Shown: one piece after another, positions 8,903 through 18,149 of the stretch
How the letters are laid out: the number at the start of each line of letters is the position of its first letter
Position numbering within the stretch: position 1 is the stretch's first letter
NCBI RefSeq assembly: GCF_006345805.1
Contig: NW_021824571.1
Location: 1-18,149, forward strand
Length of the DNA: 18,149 nt
Direction: 5' to 3'
Origin: Octopus sinensis
Taxonomy: Eukaryota
Notes under the pieces: model-generated
Databases searched by the model: none
What the model was told of the DNA's origin: nothing
What the model saw: the letters and a program-made list of their open reading frames with translations, nothing else
Position numbers and translations under genes: made by a program

Positions 8903-10598
8903 ATGCGGTATTTTAATTATTTATCAATCCGCATCTAGATAACAAAAAGAGGACATTAATTGATTGTACAAATGATAATCATAAAAAACAAACTCTAATG
9001 ATTAAATGACGCACACGATGTTTTATTCATTCTTAAAAATAAAAGACAAATATACTGCAATTTCTCAAATCCGTCGCTTATCGATTCAGCTTCTTTTAAT
9101 TAAAAATTTTAAATTTTCGATGGATTATTCAAAATCCTCTCTTCAAATTAATCAAAATTTTAAAATATTTATTACACGCATCATTGTAATTGTGACGGAT
9201 TGTGTTAAACTTTCTAGCAACAAAAAATTTCTATACTATGCTATATTTCGGCGACCCATTTGTTTCTGCTTCTCAATTTTCCAAGATTTTTGTCTTTTTC
9301 TTCACGAGTAAAGAGAAAATTAAATAAAATAGGACGTTTAAATGTATCAAAAAATTTAAACAAACAAAAATTAAATTAAAAGAGTAAATCTTTCATACGC
9401 TTTTAGACTTTTAAAGATGATTACAACTTGTGCTTCTCAGGAAAATGTAGATATAAATGATCACGCAAATGAAAAATTAGAATTCGACAATTTGGTGAAT
9501 TTGAGAGGGTTTTTATCAATTATAAAATTATTTTCTTATATTGAATATTAAATCATTGCTTGTGTCAATCATTAAATTTAGAAGAATAATCTCATATATG
9601 CGGATTTTCTCCATTGACAAAGTATTTTGGCTTATTGAGGATTGAGTCATATTTAGATAGTCACTTATTTTTTGTGTTAGATTTTCAATTGCATGTACAA
9701 ATTCTAATTTTCTCATTCGAGGTATACGACAAAAAAGAATCAAATTTATTGAAAAATAATACAATTCCAAATTCAAACTAATATTAAGAATATTAATCTT
9801 TTGTAAAATTGGCTCTCGAATCGATAGATTCGAATATATTAATAAAATATGCTAAAAATAGTCTCCTAAATGACTAAAGTTGATCAGAACAATAGGTAAT
9901 CATTAATCATTTGTCCCTATCATTTCATCACATCAGAGAATTTTGTACTATTAAAATGTACGCTATGATCCATTAATTAGCGATACTATGTTACTTTCCG
10001 GATTGACCAAATTAATAAATTTGGGCACATAAGAAAGTACAGCTAGGCACAAAAAACATGTGACATTTATTTTATTTATATTTAGTAATAAATTATATTA
10101 AAATTTTACAATATAACCAACTATATTCAAAACTAACTAAACAATATTTAAATACAAAAACTTTCCTATAATTTAAGTTTAAGAGAGGCCGACTGACTAG
10201 AATGAAAAGAAACCTGCCGACACAGAGCCCTCTCGACAAGGGTCGTTAAGTTGATTACGGGGAGGAATTTTACAAGCCATTGTTACATTCCCATATTGAA
10301 AATATTTTTATTTCCAAATCTTTAAAATTTTTTGGCGAATTTTGCAATAATTAGTCTTCTTATCAACACCAAAACATGTTTAATTCGGTAAAGTCAGGTG
10401 ATTGAGATGCCCATGCGAGAGTTTTATATTTTAAATCATGCATATTTTGTGGGGTGGTTTAGTTTTTGTTGTTAATATATTTTCTTACTACTCGCAAAGT
10501 CTGGCAAGAAGCATTATCTTGCTGCAAAATAAACGAGTTTAACTCCATTTAATTTAATGTTTTACTATTTCTTACTATTTAACGACTTGTTCAATATA

Positions 10599-10960
10599 AC
10601 AGATGACGTCCTCGTCCTAGACACCTCAAAGGACGCAAAGACTTCAGTAAGAAGGCTTGCCACCTACATTGAAGTGATAAAAGAGTGGTGCACCAGTAAG
10701 CGGCTCTCGTTAGCAATAGACAAATCCGCTTATCTACGAATTAACACGAAAAAGTCACCAAATCAAAGTCCCGGGCCTCTAGCTGAAATTGACTGCCCCA
10801 GCTGCATATGATATCTGGGGCTTACAATAGACGCTAACCCGAGTTACTGTCTGCATGTAAAGAAAAAGAGAGCAAAAGCAATTGCTCTAGACAGCAAATA
10901 GACGTTTCTTCAGAAGAGCTCGACTGCCTAGAGCAGTCGTCTTGTTGTATCAGACGTCAA
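10599..10960 (+). mobile_element. Degenerate LINE (Jockey/I/R1-like) reverse transcriptase C-terminal fragment
   Basis: TDDVLVL...IKEWCTSKRLSLAIDKS...CI*YLGLTIDANPSYCLHVKKKRAKA follows the xADD - W..xxLxxxxxKS - YLGxxxDxxxxxxxH pattern of APE-type LINE RTs. It contains an in-frame stop, and GC content rises over the block. Confidence 0.75.
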
Positions 10961-11562
10961 AAATTTATTTTACTGTCTCAGTTTTTACAATAAAATGGTT
11001 TGTCTTCAAAATGATAGATTAATTAACAAGTAATGTTCAAAACAATAGACTTTCGTAACTTGATTAATATAAAATGAGATCGGTTTGCCGTTCGTTAAAA
11101 TGCTCGGTTATCTAAAGATTGTACTAATTCACGATTGTGAAAATAAGTCAAAATTTGGACAACGGGAAATATTAATCGGTTCAATCACCTAAAAATTAAA
11201 CAAGGTTCTATATCCTTTAAAGATTTATGAAAAAGCGGTCTGACAAATGCAAATCTGAATAGATTTTTTTAAGACCTACTAACCTACTATAACAATCAAT
11301 GCCAGTTAAAATCCATTTATAATTATTATTTAAGGCGAAAATTTAGGAATAAAACCTTTTGACACAAAAATATGATGATTCATATAATCAACTTACATTA
11401 AAATTTAAAATAATTAAAGCATTAAATGAAAAAGCCAATTCATATACTTCATAATTTTAAATGAATTTTTTGATTGTCTTTAACAATAATGTATCTTTTT
11501 CGGACATTCGTACTCAACTTTGTTTACTCATTTTTTAATGACAAATTGACTTGAAAATGGTA

Positions 11563-12530
11563 TAGAGCGGAAAGACCCGTGGAAGCCCCAAGGATGGATA
11601 GATTAGACTTTTCGGTAATACGAACGTCTGGAAGAATATTGCGGCAAACAGAAGAGGCGGTAGAGAATAAATTTTGTTGAAAGTGGATATTCACAATTTC
11701 AGATTTATTTGCGTTAATAGAAAGGCCAATGGCCGAGAGGGATAGCAGGATAATCCGGAGGTCGTCAAAAACAACTTCGGGAGGACGGCAAATAGTTGCG
11801 TCGTCTAGGTACCAAATATTTACAGGAGATCGGACAGAATGGGCGATGGCATTAACGCCTAGGGCGAAAAGAACAGGACCCAGGGGATCGCCTTGCTGAA
11901 CCCCAGTAGACGAGGTGATAGGAACGTCATCAAACATAAGTATGCTTGGGGATGCGTAAGCGAGATGTACGAGGGGGTATGCGAAAGGAGCCATTTCGCG
12001 GCAGCACTCCAGGAAGTGATCCCGTCTGATGGAGTTAAAAGCATTAGATACGTCCAGTTTGACCATGATAAACTCCTCGGAAGATTCTAGCAGCTCACGA
12101 AAGGAATGGGTCACGGCCTCGCAACCACTTGAAACGCCGACACCAAGTTGAGCGGGCAGATAATTTGAAGACAAACAGCATGACAGAAAACCTTAGCGAA
12201 GAGCCTCCGGAAAACATTTCCCACAGCGATAAGTCTTACGCTGTTGTCCTTCTTCCCGAGGGCAGTAAGGTTTGCAGAAAAGAAGATACGGCGAGCAAAA
12301 TCAGGAAGCGAACTAGAGATAAAACGGTTGCAGAGATTGGTAATTAAGCGTAATAGTTTCCGCCCAGCTTCTGCGGTCATAGGAGAAGTCAAGTCTTTTA
12401 GATGACCGGGTGTCTCAAGCCATTTACCCTACCGCTGCTGCCTGAAGAAAAACTCCTTAGAGTTTTCAGCACGACGGCTTCCGTGGCAACGAAGAGATTA
12501 AAAGCAAGGGAGCCAGGGGACGGCTGAGAA
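11563..12530 (-). mobile_element. CRE-clade non-LTR retrotransposon reverse transcriptase fragment (frameshifted, 3'-truncated)
   Basis: Motifs: RSFSSGSSGxxNGLR.PGHLKDL, LTALGKKDNSVRLIAVGNVFRRL, QLGVGVSSGCEA, KLDVSNAFNSIRRD, GVQQGDPLGPVLF, WYLDD, IGLSINANKSE and ILGA. Frameshifts near 12410 and 12175. Confidence 0.92.
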
Positions 12531-12768
12531 GAAAAAAAAGAACTTGTTGAATCGTTACTTACGTTGCGCGCTGTTGTTGTTCTCTAATCTTTTATTTCTT
12601 TTTCTAATTTCCTTTCATATCAATTATAATTCTCTTTCATATCAATTCTTATTCGTGGTGTTATTTTATTTTATCAAGTCAATTGTTTTTCTGTCTCTAT
12701 CATCCCTTCTTATTCTTTTCTCCAGTAATCATTCTCAATCCATTACCTGTTTCGATCTGTATTCTTTT

Positions 12769-13038
12769 ATGCATTTTCCTAATCCTATTCCCAATCCTGT
12801 TTCTCTCTGCATCATCTGCAACGTGGTTAACAAAAGGAAGAAAAACCGACCTTGCTCTTCTTGTACGCAGTTCTTTCATCTTTCATGCGTTTCTCTGACT
12901 CTTCGTACTTCAAAACGCCTTCCAACCTGGGTCTGTCGCGCCTGCCTTTCTGGCGCCTCATCATTGCCATTCTCTCTTGCGATTTCTGGCCCTTGCCATT
13001 CTCCTGATTCCCTTTTCCCGATTCCATCCCCATTTTAG
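12769..13038 (+). CDS. PHD-finger ORF, probably the N-terminus of a retrotransposon ORF
   Basis: MHFPNPIPNPVSLCIICNVVNKRKKNRPCSSCTQFFHLSCVSLTLRTSKRLPTWVCRAC is a C4HC3 PHD with the WxCxxC ending. It is intronless, preceded by a pyrimidine-rich leader (12545-12768), and CT-rich like the neighbouring CRE sense strands. Confidence 0.7.
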   Translation: MHFPNPIPNPVSLCIICNVVNKRKKNRPCSSCTQFFHLSCVSLTLRTSKRLPTWVCRACLSGASSLPFSLAISGPCHSPDSLFPIPSPF

Positions 13039-13209
13039 TCTACAGTTAGACGAGTCAATACTTCCTGGAAATGGCTCTTTATTACTTGCATAATGCTAGA
13101 AACCGATACTAAAGGGAAATCAATGTTAAACTAGGTTAACGAATTTTTGATTCTTAAACACCCTCATAGCGGCGCATGTCTCGGCGCCTACCCATCTACA
13201 TCAACCGGA

Positions 13210-16200
13210 ATTCATCAACCTCTTCTAACACTGTTAAGAAATGAAACACCTTCTTCCAGGCACTTCATTGATAATATTCGCAGGTACAATAATGCTTTTC
13301 AGATGACATCTTTTGGGACAAGCGGTAATTTCAAACCGAATGGCTATATGCCAACATTCAAAGTGCTTGGGCAGGTATATCATAGGATGGGGTCACTACT
13401 GCCAAATGATGGCGAAGATTTTAAATTTTTACAAATTTACTTTATAGATAATCACGAGGATCAATTTAACCAAAGATGTTTAACAGATCAAAGACTACGT
13501 GCAGATATTATAAGTTCGTTACAGAATATGTTGCAATTTGCAATACATATATTTATCATTTAGATCTATCCTGGGATCTAAACTGATGAAGATTATGGGT
13601 GGTTATACATGCAGATAGAACACCTGCAAAGAACATGAGCGTCGATACAACGCACACCACTCAAACCAGTAGGAATTTTAATAGTAGGTCAACAATATGA
13701 TACTAGAGACATTATCATAAACAAAAGATCCACTGGATTAATGAGAATTTCAGAAACGCATCGATCATACGATGCTCTCCAGTACCCATTAATATTCCCC
13801 AGAGGAGAGGATGGCTACAATTTTAGGGTAATGCATATCAATCCATCAACTGGTTTAACAACCACTAAAAAAACCAGTTGTATGGAATTTTATTCTTATA
13901 GGTTAATGATACGAGAGCAAGATTTCAACATGATTCATCGTACAGGACATTTATTTAATCAGTTTATTGTAGATATGTATGCAAAGATAGAAGCAGAGAG
14001 ACTTCTCTACATTCGTTTAAATCAGCGAAAAATAAGAGCTGAGGAGTATATACATCTAAGAGATGCAATAATAATGATGGTAATGTAACTGATGTATGTA
14101 GGTCTAATGGTTATTTTGCCGTCGTAATTCACGGGAGGACCAAGATATATGCATGAACGCACACAAGATGCGATGACGTACGTAAAAAATTACGGAACAC
14201 CGGATTTGTTTATCACTTTTACATGTAATCAAAAATGGCCAGAAATTAGTGATAACATATTTATAGGGCAAAAGGCAGAGTATAGACAAAACATCATTGC
14301 GAGAGTTTTTAAACGGAAAGTCGATAAGATGATGGATCTTCTCACAAAGAGACAGATATTTGGAAAGACAAGATGCCACATGTATACAGTAGAGTGGCAA
14401 AAAAAGAGGTTTGCCACATATACACATATTGTTATGGTTAGTCACTAAAATTAGGGCTACAGAGATAGACGATTGCATACGGGCGAATTGCCAAATCCAA
14501 GTGAAGATAGAGAATTATACGAGATCATCAAAAGAAATATGATACATGGTCCATGTGGCATGTATACAGATCATCACCGTGTATGCGAAATGGTAAGTGT
14601 TCTAAAGGGTACCCTAAAAACTTAATATATAATACGCAAACAGGTGAAAATGGATTTCCGCTTTACCGAAGAAGGGGCACAGCTGAAGGAGGATTTACTG
14701 CAACTCTCCACGAAGGAAAAGAAAATGAAATAACAGTTGACAACATGTGGGTGGTGCCTTATAATCCACTGTTATGTAAAATTTTTGATGCTCATATTAA
14801 TGTTGAATTTTGTAATTCTATTAGATCAATTAAATATGTATGTAAATACATTAATAAAGGGTCGGATCAAGCAATTTTTACAATTGAGCAGCGTGACGAG
14901 CCAAGCTTTTTTCAGCATGGACGATTCATCTGCAGTAATGAAGGAGCATGGAGAATTTTCGGATATCCGATTCATGAAAGATATCCATTAGTAATGCATT
15001 TAGCGGTTGCAAATGGACAAAGGATATATTTTACAGAAGAAACTGTCCGTAATCAAGTTATGAATCCAAAAAATTCAACGCTTAGGGCCTACTTTAATTA
15101 TGTCGGACTGATAAATTTGCGAAGACAATTTATTATGTTGATGTTCCTAGATATATACGTGGGAAGTGGCCGGAAAGAAATTTAAAAGAAAGATAAGAGA
15201 GAGAGCCAGTAAACGGGCATAACGGTATTGTAAGTACGGATGCATTGGGTAGAGTATATACCGTGCATCCAAATAATTTTGAATGTTATTGTGTTAAGTT
15301 ACTTTGCACAACATTCGAGGGCCAGAATCATTCATGATCTGCGGACTGTCAATGGGTACTCTGCGAAACATACAGAGAGAAGCCTGTTTTAAATTAGGTC
15401 TTTTAGAGGATGACAACACTGGAATCAGACTTTAACAGAAGCCGCATTGCAGATTCTCCATCGCGACTAAGGTATTTATATACTTTGATGCTAGCCCATT
15501 GTGGGTAGCAATCCTAAGCAACTGTGGGAAGGGCATCGAGAAAGCATGTGCGAAGATATATTAAGAGAGAAGAATAGATCGATTTTTGATGAAGAGATTT
15601 TCAACATTGGATTAATCATGATAGACAGATTGCTAATATCTGTCGTAGGTAAGAGTGTAAGTGATTTTGGTTTAACATCAGTGATCTTCATAATATAAAT
15701 TCTTTAGATGAGCATTATAATTTAGAAGAACTTCAAAAAATTGTGGAAGAAAGAAAGAGAAAAAAGCTTATTACCTGGGCAGTTGGAAATATACAGAGAA
15801 ATTAACCGAGTCATCCAGGAAGAAAATGGTTCTATCTCTTTTGATGCACCAGGTGGTACAGGTAAGACCTATCTTCTAAATTTATTGTTAGCAAAGGTGA
15901 GAAGCGACAATCAAATAGCATTAGCAGTTGCATCGTATGGAATTGCTGCAACTCTTTTAGATGGAGGTCGAACAGCACATTCAACATTCCCTTGAACCTG
16001 TCTTACAATACTGAACCGGTTTGTAATGTGAAAAAAATTCAGTTGCGGGTTATAGAATTATGAATTCTAGGTTAATTGTTTGGGATGAATGCACAATGGC
16101 TCATAAGGGCGCATTCGAAGCAGTCGACAGAACATATAGAGATATCAAGAAATGTGAGGAACTGTTGTTTGGGGGAGCAATAGTTGTATTGGCAGGTGAT

Positions 16201-17226
16201 TTTAGACAACTCTGCCAATTATTCAAAGAGGGACGCCTGCGGATGAATGAATGCCTGCCTCAAATCGTCATACCTGTGGGCACACGTCAAAAAGGTAAGC
16301 TTAGATGTAAATGTACGTGCACATTTACAAGGCGTCAATAGCATATTTCCAAATATCCTTTTAGATATTGGAAATGGGGCAATTACTTCAGATATACAGG
16401 ATCAGAAAATCAGTCTACCGGAAGAATTATGTATACATGTGAATACAGCAGAAGAATTATTCAGTTCAGTATATTCTGAACTATCAGAACATTACAGGAA
16501 TTTCGACTGGCTTCGTGAACGAGCTATATTAGCTCCGCTAAATGATGAGGTACTTAATATAAATTTAGATTATTAATCAAAATCCCTGGAGAAGAAAGAA
16601 TATATAAATCGGTGGACGTTATTATGGACCATGAAAGAGCCTGCGAATATCCGGTTGAATTTTTAAACTCCTTAGATCCCTCTGGAATGCCGAATCATCT
16701 TTTAAAATAAAGATAGGCGTTCCAGTGGTTTTATTACGAATCTTGCGCCACCTAAATTATGCAACGAAACGAGGTTAGTTATCAAAAATTTGATGGCTAA
16801 CGTAATAGAGGCGACGATATTAACAGGTAAGTATAGAGGTGAGGATGTTTATATTCCACGAATTCCGATAATTTCTGATGAATTACCATTTAGATTTAAA
16901 AGGCTGCAATTTCCTTTGAGGATGAGTTTTGCAATGACAATAAACAAGGCCCAGGGACAGTCATTAAAGGTAGTTGGGTTATTTTTAGAGAGTAAGTGCT
17001 TTTCAGATGGACAGCTGTATGTGGGATGCTCAAGGGTAGGCAGAAGAGAAAATTTATTCATATATGCCAAGGAAGGACGGACGACAAACATCGTTTATCA
17101 ACAGGCGATAGAATAGGGTTACATTAAACCAGGTAGTTTTATACATCTACATAAACTTATAGTTTTTGATGAACAGGCCCTCCGCAGGAGCTAGGTCGCT
17201 GTGAGCGAAGCGAGCTGCCGAGCTAG
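13210..17226 (+). mobile_element. Decayed autonomous-type Helitron (HUH Rep + PIF1 helicase), 5'-truncated, intact 3' terminus
   Basis: Rep motifs: NIRRYNNAFQMTSFG, SYDALQYPLIFPRGEDG, PDLFITFTCN, VEWQKRGLPHIH (HUH, across a frameshift near 14400), YRRR, VVPYNP, HINVE and KYVCKYINKG. Helicase motifs: [32 protein letters not shown] and GQLYVGCSRV. Stop at 17116; hairpins and CTAG|T at 17223-17227. Many frameshifts and stops. Confidence 0.95.
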
Positions 17227-17559
17227 TTTATGATAATTGAAAATCCAGTGAATATTACAATGACACAATGGAAAATTTACTTTCAAATGACGACGACCTC
17301 AATGAGGCCCGCGAACAAGAATATAATAAATTCTGGAGAAAAAAATGTTGCAACGAAGAATGTGGAGATTTGATGAAATTAGAGCCCAGGTACTATTAAG
17401 GTTGAATTTTTCTTAATTCAATTTCAAGACAAGATAACGATCCAAACAATCGAAAATTTCCTTTATTTGATGGAGTTGAAATAAGAAAATTCAGAGTTCT
17501 GGAAAAAGGAAACAATATATATAAGAAGATAGGGATATAATCGAAGGAGTGAAACCCAT

Positions 17560-17740
17560 TCACGGTTCTTCCCATTCCCCCCGTTGTACTTGAGCCTCCT
17601 TTAAAGAATAAACCTGAACGTAGTAATCTTCGTAATAAAGTCCACGGCAAGTTATGAAAAATGATGTTAAAGCAGCTTTCCGCCTTGTGGCTTCCGATGA
17701 CATTGTTCTACCTCCGTTGAAAGAACTTCTCCTGTCACTT
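17560..17740 (+). mobile_element. CRE-clade retrotransposon fragment (region just upstream of the RT domain)
   Basis: LPIPPVVLEPPLKNKPERSNLRNKVHGKL(fs)KNDVKAAFRLVASDDIVLPPLKELLLSL resembles the CRE pre-RT motif VxxKLxxGDVxxAxRLxxSDDxxxPxxxxxxxxL(xxKHP). Recognised from memory of the family. Confidence 0.65.
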
Positions 17741-17747
17741 ATTTTTA

Positions 17748-18149
17748 GGTACGTGGCTCGAAGGCACGACAGTGACCTTACAGTTATGTATTCGCTTTAT
17801 GTACATGTGGAGTTTCGACAGACACAGTATTTTATGGTGTCGGCGTCAACTGGAATGGAGTGGCCATACAATTTGTAATTGGTCTCACTCCCTGCGAGAG
17901 GTTTGCGCATATTAGCAAATCGTCCGAACACACTGATTGGTATTAGTGTTCCATTAAATTGTTAGGTGGTATTGGCAAAGTTGTCCGAGTTGACGAAAGC
18001 ATGTTTTCTAAACGGAAAAACAATGCAGGATATATTCTCCCTCAACAATGGGTGTTTATGGGAATCTGTCGTGGAAGTAAAGACTGTTTCATCAAGATGG
18101 TTCCAGATCGCTCCAAAAGAACTCTAACCGCCGCAATACAGGAAAATAT
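17748..18149 (+). mobile_element. Merlin / IS1595-family (ISXO2-like) DDE transposase fragment; runs off the window
   Basis: GTWLEG...FMYMW...TICNWSHSLREVC, then (frameshift near 17910, intron 17940-17965) LIGGIGKVVRVDESMFSKRKNNAGYILPQQWVFMGICRGSKDCFIKMVPDRSKRTLTAAIQEN. This is the IGGxGxxVxxDES..KRKxxxG..WVF..VPDRSxxTL signature. Confidence 0.88.

Noticed and set aside
9000-10180. Possible exons or ORFs (9006-9311, 9528-9776) upstream of the kinase
   Set aside because: I could not build a consistent spliced frame or recognise a domain; left unannotated.
10184-10266. Short GC-richer island as a possible small RNA
   Set aside because: No tRNA cloverleaf, Sm site or recognisable snRNA/5S motif; a covariance-model search would be needed.

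Overview
AT-rich eukaryotic genomic DNA, probably from a ciliated animal, with very short spliceosomal introns (mostly 24-31 nt). That architecture resembles dicyemid mesozoans; the taxon is an inference. The left third holds a head-to-head pair: the 5' part of an NME5-like gene (minus strand) and a complete 22-exon DNA polymerase delta catalytic subunit gene (POLD1, 926-4729, about 1048 aa after manual splicing). A 5'-truncated CRE-type retrotransposon with poly(A) and a perfect 12-bp target-site duplication lies between them. Next come a non-autonomous Helitron with doubled 5' and 3' termini (5551-7469, minus) and a LIMK/TESK-like kinase gene with two frameshifts. The rest is a transposon patchwork: a LINE RT scrap, scattered and partly inverted pieces of a CRE element (PHD finger, linker, RT), a decayed Rep-helicase Helitron (about 13210-17226), and a Merlin/IS1595-family transposase that carries a host-sized 26-nt intron. 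All gene models were built by hand translation; no database search was run.
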